A stretch of DNA of 64,000 bases from Amphiscolops sp. MND2022. Taxonomy: Eukaryota. Made by a program: the position numbers and the translations under genes. Below, one piece after another: positions 13,823 to 27,154 of this stretch (its first letter is position 1; the number at the start of each line of letters is the position of its first letter). The notes beneath the pieces are model-generated. The model did no database searches, was not told the origin of the DNA, and worked only from the letters and a program-made list of their open reading frames with translations. The DNA lies in contig OZ076409.1 in assembly GCA_964187785.1 (NCBI GenBank), positions 18,664,001 to 18,728,000 of the forward strand. Reading direction: 5' to 3'.

Positions 13823-16800
13823 CCTATAGTATTGTACTGTAATTTGAAATATAGATCGAATATAAGTCCTACCCGACCGTGTTCATTGGGTCTTAGCTAC
13901 TTCAGACCTATAGCACTGTACTATGTATTGAAATATAGATTGCATATAAGTCCTACACGACCGTGTTCATTGAACTTGAGCCACTTCAGACATACAGTAT
14001 GGGGCTCTATATCGAAAGATATATCAATTATTAGTCCTATACGACCGTATTCATTGAAACTTAGGTACCTTAGACGTATAGTAATGTACTGTATTTTGAA
14101 AGATACGGTATATCCAATATAAGTCCTATACGAAATCATTCATTAAATCTCGGCTAACATAGACTTTTAGTATGGTACTGTATGTTGAAAAATTCATCGA
14201 ATATAAACGCTATACAATCGTGTTAATTGACTCTTAGCTACTTTAGACCTATAGTTTTGTACTGTATATTGAAAGATAGATCGAATATAAGTCCTATACG
14301 ACTTCGTTCTTCAAATCTTAGCTACTTCAGACCTTTAGTATGGTACTGTATGTTGAAAGATTGATTGAAAATAAAACCTATACGACCGTGTTCAATGAAT
14401 CTTAGGGACCATAGACGTATAGTATCATACTGTGTTTTGATTGCTAGATCCAATATAAGTCCTATACGCCTATGTCCATTGAATCTTACCTACTTAAGAC
14501 TTCTAGTGTGGTACTGTATAATGAAAGATTGATCGAATATAAAAGCTATGCATTCGTGTCAATTGAAACTCAGCTACTTTAGACCTATAGTTTTGTACCC
14601 AATAATGAAAGATAGATCGAATATAAGTCCTATACGACTTCGTTCATTGAATTTTAGCTACTTTAGACCTTTAGTATGGTACTGTATGTTGAAAGATTGA
14701 TATTTTATAAAACCTATACGATCGACCGTGTTCATTGAATCTTAGGGACCTTAGACGTATAGCATTATACTGTATTTTGATTGCTAGAACTAATATAAGT
14801 CCTATACGTCTATGTTCATTGAATCTTAGCTACTTAAGACTTCTAGTATGGTACTGTATATTAAAAGTATGATCGAATATAAAAGTTATTCAATCGTGTT
14901 TATTGAATCTTAGCTACCTTAGACCTATAGTATGATACGGTATATTGAAAGATAGATCGAATACAAGTCCTATGCGACATCGTTCATAAAATCTTAGACC
15001 TTTAGACCTTTAGTATGGTACTGTAGGTTGAAAGATTGGTAGAATATAATCTCTATACGACCGTGTTCATTGAATCTTAGGGACTTCAGACGTTTAGTAT
15101 TGTACTATATATTGAATGATAGATCCAATATAAGTCCTATACGCCTTTGTTCATTGAATCTTAGCTACTTAAGACTTATAGTATGGTACTCTATACTGAA
15201 GGATTGATCGAATATAAAAGCTTTTCAATCGTGTTAATTTAATCTTAGCATCTAGAGACGTATAGTATTGTAATGTATATTGAACGGTAGATCCAATATA
15301 AGTCCTATACGCCTTTTTCGTTGAATCTTAGCTACTTAAATCTTATAGTATGGTACTGTATACTGAAAGATTGATCGAATATAAAAGCTTTTCAATCGTG
15401 TTAATTGAATCTTAGCTATTTTAGACCTATAGTATTGTACGGTTTATTGAAAGATAGATCAGATATAAGACCTATGCGTCATCGTTCACTAAATCTTAGC
15501 TTCTTTGGACATTTAGTACGGAACTGTATGTTGAAAGATTGATCGAATAAAGAAGCTATACAATCGTGGTAATTGAATCTTTGCAACTTTAGACGTATAG
15601 TATAGTGATGTATATTGAATGATAGATCCAACACAAGTCCTATACGCCTATGTTCATTGAATGTTAGCTACTTAAGACTTATAGTATGGTACTGTACAAT
15701 GAAAGATTGATCGAATATAAAAGCTTTTCAATCGTGTTAATTGAATCTTAGCTACTTTAGACCTAAAGTATTGTACGGTTTATTGAAAGATAGATCAGAT
15801 ATAAGACCTATGCGTCATCGTTCACTAAATCTTAGCTTCTTTGGACATTTAGTACGGAACTGTATGTTGAAAGATTGATCGAAAAAAGAAGCTATACAAT
15901 CGTGGTAATTGAATCTTTGCAACTTTAGACGTATAGTATAGTGATGTATATTGAATGATAGATCCAACACAAGTCCTATACGCCTATGTTCATTGAATGT
16001 TAGCTACTTAAGACTTATAGTATGGTACTGTATAATGAAAGATTGATCGAATATAAAAGCTTTTCAATCGTGTTAATTGAATCTTAGCAACTTTAGACCT
16101 ATAGTATTGTAATGTATTTTGAATGATAGTTCCAATATAAGTCCTATACGCCTATTTTCATTGAATCTTAGCTACTTAAGACTTATAGTATGGTACTGTA
16201 TGTTGAAGGATTGATCGAATATAAAAGCTATACAATCGTGTTAATTGAATCTTAGCTACTTTAGACCTATAGCATTGTACGGTATATTGAAAGATAGATC
16301 AAATATAAGACCTATACGTCATCGTTCACTAAATCTTAGCTTCTTTGGACATTTAGTACGGAACTGTATGTTGAAAGATTGATCGAATAAAGAAGCTATA
16401 CAATCGTGGTAATTGAATCTTTGCAACTTTAGACGTATAGTATAGTGATGTATATTGAATGATAGATCCAATACAAGTCCTATACGCCTATGTTCATTGA
16501 ATCTTAGCTACTTAAGACTTATAGTATGGTACTGTATAATGAAAGATTGATCGAATATAAAAGCTTTTCAATCGTGTTAATTGAATCTTAGCAACTTTAG
16601 ACCTATAGTATTGTAATGTATTTTGAAAGATAGATCCAATATAAGTCCTGTACGCCTATTTTCATTGAATCTTAGCTACTTAAGACTTATAGTATGGTAC
16701 TGTATGTTGAAGGATTGATCGAATATAAAAGCTATACAATCGTGTTAATTGAATCTTTGCAACTTTAGACGTATAGTATTGTAATAAATATTGAATGATA

Positions 16801-19655
16801 GGTCCAATATAAGTCCTATACGCCTATGTTCATTGAATCTTAGCCACTTAAGACGTATAGTATGGTACTGTATAAAGAAAGATTGATCGAATATAAAAGC
16901 TTTTCAATCGTGTTAATTGAATCTTAGCAACTTTAGACGTATAGTATTGTAAGGTATATTGAATGATAGATCCAATAAAGGTCCTATACGCCTATATTCA
17001 TTGAATCTTAGCTACTTAGGACATATAGTATGGTACTGTTTATTGAAAGATTAATCGAATATAAAAGCTTTTCAATCGTGTTAATTGAATCTTAGCTACT
17101 TTAGACCTAAAGTATTGTACGGTATATTGAAAGATAGATCAAATATAAGACCTATACGTCATCGTTCACTAAATCTTAGCTTCTTTGGACATTTAGTACG
17201 GAACTGTATGTTGAAAGATTGATCGAATAAAGAAGCTATACAATCGTGGTAATTGAATCTTTGCAACTTTAGACGTATAGTATAGTGATGTATATTGAAT
17301 GATAGATCCAACACAAGTCCTTTACGCCTATGTTCATTGAATGTTAGCTACTTAAGACTTATAGTATGGTACTGTATAATGAAAGATTGATCGAATATAA
17401 AAGCTTTTCAATCGTGTTAATTGAATCTTAGCAACTTTAGACCTATAGTATTGTAATGTATTTTGAATGATAGTTCCAATATAAGTCCTATACGCCTATT
17501 TTCATTGAATCTTAGCTACTTAAGACTTATAGTATGGTACTGTATGTTGAAGGATTGATCGAATATAAAAGCTATACAATCGTGTTAATTGAATCTTAGC
17601 TACTTTAGACCTATAGTATTGTACGGTATATTGAAAGATAGATCAAATATAAGACCTATACGTCATCGTTCACTAAATCTTAGCTTCTTTGGACATTTAG
17701 TACGGAACTGTATGTTGAAAGATTGATCGAATAAAGAAGCTATACAATCGTGGTAATTGAATCTTTGCAACTTTAGACGTATAGTATAGTGATGTATATT
17801 GAATGATAGATCCAACACAAGTCCTATACGCCTATGTTCATTGAATGTTAGCTACTTAAGACTTATAGTATGGTACTGTATAATGAAAGATTGATCGAAT
17901 ATAAAAGCTTTTCAATCGTGTTAATTAAATCTTAGCAACTTTAGACCAATAGTATTGTAATGTTTGTTGAATGATAGATCCAATATAAGTCCTATACGCC
18001 TATTTTCATTGAATCTTAGCTACTTAAGACTTATAGTATGGTACTGTATGTTGAAGGATTGATCGAATATAAAAGCTATACAATCGTGTTAATGAAATCT
18101 TTGCAACTTTAGACGTATGGTATTGTAATGTTTGTTGAATGATAGATCCAATATAAGTCCTAAACGCCTATTTTCATTGAATCTTAGCTACTTAAGACTT
18201 ATAGTATGGTACTGTATGTTGAAGGATTGATCGAATATAAAAGCTATACAATCGTGTTAATGAAATCTTTGCAACTTTAGACGTATGGTATTGTAATAAA
18301 ATTTGAATGATAGATCCAATATAAGTCCTATACGCCTATGTTCATTGAATTATAGCTACTTAAGATGTATAGTATGGTACTGTATAATGAAAGATTGATC
18401 GAATATAAAAGCTTTTCAATCGTGTTATTTGAATCTTAGCAACTTTAGACGTATAGTATTGTAATGTATATTGAATGATAGATCCAATATAAGTCCTATA
18501 CGCCTATATTCATTGAATCTTAGCTACTTAGGACATATAGTATGGTACTGTATATTGAAAGGTTGTTCCAATATAAAAGCTTTTCAATCGTGTTAATTGA
18601 ATCTTAGCTACTTTAGACCTATAGTATTGTACGGTATATTGAAAGATAGATCGAATATAAGTCCTATACGCCTATGTTCATTAAATCTTAGCTACTTTAG
18701 ACATTTAGTACGGTACTGTATGTTGAAAGATTGATCGAATATAAAAAGGATGCAATCGTGTTAATTGAATCTTAGCAACCTTAGACGTATAGTTTTGGAA
18801 TGTATATTGAATGATAGATCCAATATAAGTCCTATACGCCTATGTTCATCGAATCTTAGCTACTTAAGGTTTATAGTATGGCACTGTATATTGAAAGATA
18901 GATCAAATATAACTCCTATACGATTGTGGTAATTGAATCTTAGCTACTTTAGACATATAGTTTTGTCCTGTTTATTGAAAGATAAATCGAATATAAGTCC
19001 TTTACAGCTCTGTTCAATGAACCTTAGCTACTTTATGCCTACGGTATGGTACTGTAAAAGGAAAGATAGATCGAATATGAGTCCTTAACAACTTTGTTCT
19101 TTAAATCTTAGCTACTTTAGACCTAAATTACGGTACTGTATGTTGAAAGATTGATCAAAAATAAAAACTATACGACCGTGTTAAATGGATCTTAGCTACT
19201 TTAGACCTATAGTATTGTAATGTATATTGAATTATACAGTGAATATAAGTCCTACACCACCGTGTTCTTTCAATCTTAGCTACTTTAGACCTACAGTATG
19301 GGGCTCTTTATCGAAAGATTTATCAAATATAAGTCCTGTACGACGGTGTTCATTGAATCTTAGCAACCTTAGGCGTATTGTATTATACTGTATCTTGAAT
19401 GATAGATCCAATATAAGTCTTATACGCCTATGTTCATTGAATCTTAGCTTCTTTAGTCCTATTGTGTGGTACTGTAAAATGAGAGATCGAATATAACTCC
19501 ATTACAGCTGAGTTCAATGAATCTTAGCTACTTTATATCGATTTTGTGGTACTGTATATTGGTAGATTGATCGAATATAAGTCCTAACCGAGAATGTTCA
19601 TGGGATCTTAGCTACTTTATTGTATGGAACTGTATATTGAAAGATATATCGAATA
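13823..19655. repeat. Satellite array: 84-bp monomer in alternating A/B 168-bp dimers, about 69 monomers
   Basis: Monomer types aagtcctatacgcctatgttcattgaatcttagctacttaag... and aaaagcttttcaatcgtgttaattgaatcttagc... were each counted as 84 bp. The centre is homogeneous and the edges are diverged. Confidence 0.95.
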
Positions 19656-19993
19656 AACGTGATTGCTACACAGCCAGAGAAGCACTGTGCGAACAAGTGA
19701 ACGTGTACAGTGAACGACAGCTGTTGAACCACTGTGGTTGAACCCTACAAAGCTGTGTGCGCTGAAAAATGGTCTCATCTGGGCTCTCCTTTTAGTATTG
19801 TGTACTCTGGGGCTTGGGCTACTTCTGCAGGCTCTGGGAGATTGTATTCGAAGTGGTATCACTGGAGCTCTTGGGTATAAGGTGTACTCTGGGGTTTTGG
19901 GCTACTTCATCGGCTTGTTGGGAATTGTATTCACAGCGAAATTTGGACTCCTGTGGTTAGTTAGTGTACTCTGGGGTTTTGGGCTAGTTCAAA

Positions 19994-22900
19994 ATGGCTG
20001 AACCTAAGAGAATTGATTACAACAGAACTGACAACTATTTGAAGAGTTCTATCGACAAGCCACAATGGGAGAGCAACATGAGAGCAATTCAAAACTTTGA
20101 GGCAAAAATGGATGAAATACATGCTGAGCTGCGCAAAGCAGAGGTAACGAAGGAAAAACTCGCAGACCTTCTACCGAACCGACAAGACCTACTGCCTAGA
20201 TGGAAGAGACTCGTCGGGGCGAACACAGCACTCTTGAAAGTCAAGTATCAGCCGAATGGGCGGATAATAAAGGCGACCGATTCTGCAGACATCGGAATGA
20301 ATTAGACTCCTTGGAAACACGACAAAAAACATTAGTCAGATGCTCAAATGATGAGGAGCCTAACGAATGAAGGACAGTTGAAGGAATTCCTACCACTTCA
20401 AAACTCCAAAGAGAAATGTCATGAAATGTTTCAGAAAAACGAAGATGAAATCAATAAAAATCGGGATACTCTTTGGAACTCAGAGGATTACAAAGCATTG
20501 GTAGAAACAAACGAAGAAACCCTCAAAAGGAGAGATGAAATTGTGGCCGCCGAGATGGATGAGTTGTTGAAACACAGTGGAGATACTTCAATCTACAGTG
20601 AGTTGCATCGTATGGAGGGAATCATGGCCCGTGCCAGGGTGAATTGGCAAGAGCAGCAACTAAAGCCCCGCGACACTTCTCCTCAGAAGAACGCGAATGA
20701 AGAAGAGACACAAGGTACCGTTGGACCCAATTCGTTTGTGAATCGTTGTGTTAATGAGGTGAATTCGTTACCCGGGGAAAGATATCAATGTGCAAGCAAA
20801 ACACATTCGAGGAGCAACAGAACATCAGTTAGTTCAAAGTCAACTACTACAAAACGAGTGATGCTCCTAGAATTGAAAGCAATGAAGAAACAAGACGAAA
20901 TCGATGAACAACTAGCTGCAAAGAAACGTCAAGCAGAAATCCGAAAGAAACACGATGAATTGGATAAACTCACAGAAAAACTCGAAATAGCTAAACTCCA
21001 AGAGGAGAAGGCAAGGGCTAAACGAATCGCAGAGAAGGAAATGGAAATCGCTCGGGCGGAGGGAAGCAGAGCAAGCACAAGTTTGCGAAACATCTCGCCA
21101 ATACCCATCCACAGCAATCCGTTCGAAAAGGTACCTTCTTGGCTTGATAAAATGGATGTGACGAAAAAACAACGAAGTTTGGAGAAGAGGTATCCAGAAT
21201 CGCACTGGCCTGCGAACCTATCAAACCACAACCTGACCCTTTGCCACACACAACGCGAATGCCCCACCTGGCCGCGAAAACAGCGCAGCCGACCATGGTA
21301 AAGGATGGCACGTCGGCCAGTCAATTCGCGCCGAACACTGCATCAGCGAAGATGCAAATGAATAAGACATTTCAACAGCATGTGCAGTTTGGGAACTTCG
21401 AACCTCCAAATCAACCAATGTTAAAGAACCAAACGAGAAGTGGCACATTGCCACCACCAGTGGCACCCTCAGCTAAATATACTGCCCCCATACAGAGTCA
21501 GTTCGCGACAACAAGAAACGAAGCAATGAGCCTACCAGCCAGTTTGCCGAAGCTGAAGCTGGCAGAAGTCTCAGGCGACCCATTGGAATGGCCTGAGTGG
21601 TCAGGGTTGTTCCTCTCGACCGTGCACGCTGCAAACATCGACGCCAGCTTGAAGATGAATCATCTCAAAACGCTGGTCACTGGGAAAGCGAAAGAAGCGA
21701 TAGCTGGACTAGGCTACACTGGAGACATGTATGATTTTGCTTGGAAAACCTTGGTCGCGCATTTTGGAAGACCACAAGTGGTAGTTAACGCACAATTGAG
21801 ACGAATATACACCTTTCCGCCAGTGAAAGCGTACGATTCCGTAGCATTGGTCAAATAATCGAGAATAGTTTCAAGTTGTGTACAAGTTTTGACGCAAATG
21901 AACTATGTTCGCGACTTGCAGTCAGAAGGCGTCCTGAGTAGTGCGACCAGAAAATTGCCAATGAACATGAAGACGAAATGGTTGGCGCACGCGAGACAAA
22001 ATGATAATTACTACATGGGGCTGGAAGCGTTCAGCTTATGGTTGCAAGAGGTAGCAGCGGTGCAGGAAGATGGTTCTTATGACAGGCAATCCCAACGCCG
22101 ACAAATCGGAATGGACTAGTAAAGACAAACCAAAGAACTCTACCTTCTCAACTTTCGCTGACAACAATTCCGACAAGAAGACTGGTCAAGATTGTCCATT
22201 GGAAGATGGTAAACATCCTTTGTGGAAATGCGAGAAGTTTCTGAAGATGACTTGTCAAGCACCATATGAGAAAGTCAAAGAGTTGAAACTCTGCTTTTGT
22301 TGTTTGGCTGCGAAACATGTAGTGAAAGACTGCACATACAAAGCGTGTGGAGTCAAAGGTTGTAACAGTCGGCACCATCGACTGCTACACCGCGAGACAA
22401 ATGAGCGGCAGAAAGGAAGCGGAACGGAAGACCCACAACAGAAGGCGGAGGCGAACTCTGCATTTTGCTCATTAAAGAGCTGTGGAATGCTACCCGTTAT
22501 ACTGGTCATCATCCAAATTGGAAAAAAGCAAGAATCAACCTTGGCGTTGTGTGACTCTGGAGCATGTCTATTGTTCATAGACAAGGAATTAGCCAACAAA
22601 TTAAATACTCACGGGGAAGAAAATGACCTGAGTGTGGCTGGAATACATGGGACAAATGATGTGAAATGTGAACGATTCACTGTTGGAATTCGTGGCAAGG
22701 CAATGAGCGACACACACCACATGACAGTTTACACTCATCCAAACATAGACGCCGGAACAAAGATCTACAACTATCAGGAGCTCAAACTTGCCTATCCCCA
22801 TTTGTCGATTCTAAGCGAAGAAACATTGAAACTCAAAGATGTAAAAATGAAATTGGGACAAAACTGCTACCATATACATCGGCCTGTAGAATATAAAAGA

Positions 22901-25900
22901 TGCACGAATGGTGAGCCTTGGGCAGTGAAAACGAAACTTGGATGGACTCTCTGTGGACCACTTCCACAGCAAAAGGCTGTGCAGATGACTGCATCTTGCG
23001 TAACAGCTTCTGAAGATGATGTGCTGGCAGAACAGATTAAAACTTGGTGGGACATTGAATCCTACGCATCCCGCTGTGATGTATCTGGAAGGTCCAAGGA
23101 CGACGAGGAAGAGTTGCAGATGCTAGAACAAACCACGAAGTTTGATGGTGAAAGATACGAAGTTGGACTCCTCGGGAAAAAAAGGGACCCCTTCTTGCCG
23201 AACAATTATTCGTCGGCACTGAGCCAAATGAAATCGTTGGAACTTAGCCTTGAAAAGAAACCGGAGTTGAAGAAACTCTATCAAGACTCTATCAAAGTGG
23301 ATGTTGAAAAAGGATTCGTCAAAATCCTAAAGCAGGAAGAATTAGAAGCTACAAAATTGGAAAGACAGTGATATGTTCCACATCACCCAGTAGAAAATCC
23401 AAACAAACCAGGAAAAGAGAGGCAGTGTGCAACGCAGCTTCTAAACTCCGTGGAACTTCCTTGAACGATAACCTCTTGACAGGGCCGGACCTACTACAGA
23501 ATCTGATTGGAATAATCTTCAGGTTTAGAGAACAAAAGATCGCCATCACTGCTGACATTGAAGCGATGTTTCTATAAGTGAAAGTACCGCCGGAAGATTG
23601 TAAAGTGTTGCGATTTCTATGGAGAGACAAACCAAATGAACCCGTTAAGTTGTATGAGCATGGAAGACATATCTTTGGAGCTGAAAGTTCGCCAACTTGC
23701 GCCAATTATGCCCTGCAACAAGTTGCAAGAGATAACACACAGGAGTCCCCTTAAGGCGAAACTTCTATATGGATGACTTTGTCAAGTCTGTTCCCAGCGC
23801 GGAGCAGGCTATTGAAATCTACACTATGGAGAGAGCGATGTTGGCAAAAGGAGGTTTTCACTTAACAAAATGGATTAGCAACTGCGAACAGACTATGACG
23901 TCTATCGACCAAGCAGACAAATCACCGTCCTCTAGTAAAACCTTCGAAGCTGAGCCGACTTCTCCATCCATCTTGGAACTGCAATGGAACGTCGATGAAG
24001 ATAATCTGGAAGTCTGCAGAGGCATGCAGAAGGAGATACCGGTGAAGATAACTCAGCGAGCGGTGTTATCCCATGTTTCAGCTGTGTTCGACCCTCTGGG
24101 AATAGTGTCTCCTTTTACCATCAGAATGCGACTGCTACTAGAATCAATATAGAAGGAGAACGGACAGTCGTGGGATAAAGAACTGAATGAAGAAAATCGA
24201 CAAAAATTCAAAAAATGGCATCAGAGATGATTCATGTGAATCAAATGGTCCTTAAAAGAACATACTTCGAGTCTGGAGTGAACAAAGTTGATCTACATAT
24301 CTTCTCTGACGCTTCGTTGGAAGCAATGTGTATGGTTGCTTATTTGAGAAAGCAAGACAATGGCGAAGTGGCCTTTGTGATCGGAAAATGTTGAGTAGCT
24401 CCTATACGAAACATGACAGTGGCTAAATTGGAGATGCAGGCCGCAGTTTTTGGAGTAAGACTGCGAGAGCTTATTTTAGAAGGATATTATATTGAAGTAG
24501 ACCGAATCGTACACTGGACAGATTCAACAACGGTCCTACAATGGCTTCACGCAAGCAACAACAAGCAACCTCTGTCTTTTTAGCGAACAGAGTCGCAGAG
24601 ATCCTCGAAAACTCAACTATAGACCAATGGCGACATGTCGAAGGAAAAATGAATCCTGCTGACATTGGAACTCGAGGAATGACAGTTGAAGCCCTGAACG
24701 AGAGTGAGTGGCTTACAGGGCCGGCGTGGCTTACCGAGACAGAAGACGCTTGGCCTAAGGCGCCTGAAAAATTGCGATTCAGCATTCAAGAAGAGAAAGA
24801 ACCAGTCATGGAAGCTGCTCTAATGGAACCCGCATTCGAATGGGAAAAATTTGGGTCTTTCAAGAAAATGATTCGAGTGCTCTCATACTGCCTAAGACGG
24901 AAGAAAAGGAGTTCTGGAGAAATTCTGACAGTTGAAGAACTCAATGCGGCAAAACTGGCAGTTTTGAAGCGTTGTCAGAAGGAAAGTTTTCATGATTCCT
25001 ACGAGAAGATCTACAAAGGGCAGCCGTTGCCGGCATCACATCATTTGAATAAATTATCGCCGTTTCTGGATGAAAAAAGATTGCTGCGACTACATGGCCG
25101 ACTGCAGCATTCAAGATCAAGTTATGAGGTCAAACACCCGATCTTGTTGTCAGCAAAGCACTATGTAGTCATCAAGTTGATTGAAGATGCTCATCGAGCG
25201 AATTTTTATGAAGGCACAGAATACGTAAGAAGTGTCCTGAGGCAAGAATATTGGAATATTGGTTTGCGTAACGCTCTGAGGAGCGTCAAAGCGAAATGTG
25301 TTAAATGTAGAAAGCAACGGGCGGGAGTGTCTCAACCATTTATGGCTGATTTAACACGAGAAAGATTGCAGGAAGGAGTGTTCCCCTTTACCAACACTGG
25401 AGTTGACTATTTTGGTCCCTTTGAAGTTCATGCGCAAGACTATGAAGAGATGGTGCTGCCTCTTCACCTGTTTGACGACTAGAGCAGTACACATCGAAGT
25501 TGTTCCATCGTTGGAAGCAGAAACCTGCTTAACTGCTATCACACTGTTTATTGCCCGGAAGGGCAAACCTGCTACAATTCTGAGCGATAATGGGACGAAC
25601 TTCGTGGGTGCAGCCAAAGAAATGAGAGATTGTATAAATGCGTGGAATCTGTCAGACATTGAGATGTCTTTAGCTCAAGTAGACATCAAGTGGAAATTGA
25701 ACACTCCTGGAGCCCCTCATTTTGGAGGAATCTGGGCACGATTAGTTCGAAGTTGTAAAAAAGCTATGATAGCTGTTTTGGATGGACGATCCTTGACAGA
25801 CGACGTCCTTATAACAACTATGTGTTTAGTAGAGCAGACGTTGAATGCTAGACCACTGACAAGTGTTAGTGACGATCCAGATGACCTGGAAGCTTTGACA

Positions 25901-26359
25901 CCAAATCGTTTTTTATTGGGAAGAGCAAATTTAGCGACACCTTTTCTACCAGACGCTCAACGCTACACGGACTTGAGACGGGTATTCAGAGTGTCGCAAG
26001 CTTATTCAGATATGATCTGGACCAGATGGACTAAAGAATACATGCCGGAATGAAATGTGCGTAATAAGTGGAACAAAGACGACGTGAGACAGCTGAAAGT
26101 CAACGATTTGGTTTGGGTCGTGGATAAAAATGTGAAGCGCTCCAACTACAAGATGGCGAGAGCATTGGAGGTACAAGAAGGAAGCGACAGCAGAGTTAGA
26201 TCTGCGACAGTGGTGACGAAAGATGGCAAACTCAAAAGACCAGTAGTGAAACTGGCACCCCTTTTCTATGAAAGTGTTTTTCGGGAAAAAAACAGGGCTG
26301 GCAATGTTGGCGCCAGTCATCAGAAGGCAGAGAAACTCGATTCAGAACATGTTGGATGA
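19994..26359 (+). pseudogene. BEL/Pao gag-pol, interrupted by stops and frameshifts
   Basis: LPKLKL..GDPLEWPEW (Gag), CFCCLAAKHVVKDC..CGVKGCNSRHHRLLH (Cys/His knuckles), ALCDSGA (protease), SLNDNLLTGP and YMDD (RT), LHIFSDAS (RNase H), GVDYFGP, SDNGTNF and PHFGGIW (integrase), C-terminal LKRPVVKLAPL. Confidence 0.93.
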
Positions 26360-27154
26360 GATACAAGAACTTAAACTCTTGAAAACTTAGATGAAAATTT
26401 GAAGAAAATCCAATCATCACAAATCTTTAAACCCCCCAAATGGGTTTTGTCGGAGACTGTTAGGCATAGAGCCTTGAAATTTGGTACATATATGCAAGGA
26501 CCTAACACGCACACACCGGCCAAGTTTCAAGGTCATTACCCCATTATAACCCCCTTCACCCCTCACATGTGTGGTGTTCAAGGTCATTATGACAAAAATG
26601 TAAACTTTGTTATTTACCTCTATGACCACATGAGAATGTAACTCTGTTGCAATTGATGATATTTACATTGTGTAAACATGCTTTAGAGCCCACCTAACCA
26701 ACATGCTATACCCACACTATGGTTTGTTTACATAGCCAATAACTTCATATTATGCTTTAATTGTCATTTATTTATACTTCATATTTCAACTCATATTTAC
26801 CGAATAATTGTAAACGAGATGTATACCATTGTTAGAGAGGCACAAATTGATTGGAAAGCTGTATTAAAGTCGGGTCTCAGGACCACACATATTCTGAATT
26901 CATTTCTTCACCTCTTTTCGACTTTTCGCCAAAGACGTAGGGCGACTAAGTTAGTTACTCTCAACTTGTGGAGAGTTGGACGTGTTAAGAGACAAGGAAG
27001 AAGTGCAATTCGGGATCATTGGATCCTACTAAGTCAAGATACAGTCCTTTTAATCTAAGAGGCAAGCAGCGTTCGGTAACGATCCGCAGTGCCGAGCACC
27101 GAATTCAGGGCGGCCTAAAGTTTGGTCAACTGAAGGGATCAAGCAGCCGTTACA
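26305..27154 (+). repeat. 3' LTR of BEL/Pao copy A (850 bp)
   Basis: TGTTGGCGCC...GCCGTTACA, the same termini as the LTRs of copy B; preceded by purine-rich gggaaaaaaacaggg. Confidence 0.9.

Larger units (their letters stand above)
19660..27154 (+). mobile_element. BEL/Pao LTR retrotransposon (copy A), decayed, 5' LTR missing
   Basis: gag-pol motifs plus a 3' LTR related to the LTRs at 56496 and 60869. The 5' end abuts the satellite, so the left boundary is approximate. Confidence 0.9.

Noticed and set aside
13832..14139. ORFs at the satellite edges (also 19227-19496)
   Set aside because: They are chance open frames in 84-bp monomers.
13823..19655. CRISPR-like array
   Set aside because: The units are contiguous related monomers with no unique spacers, no cas genes are present, and the context is eukaryotic.
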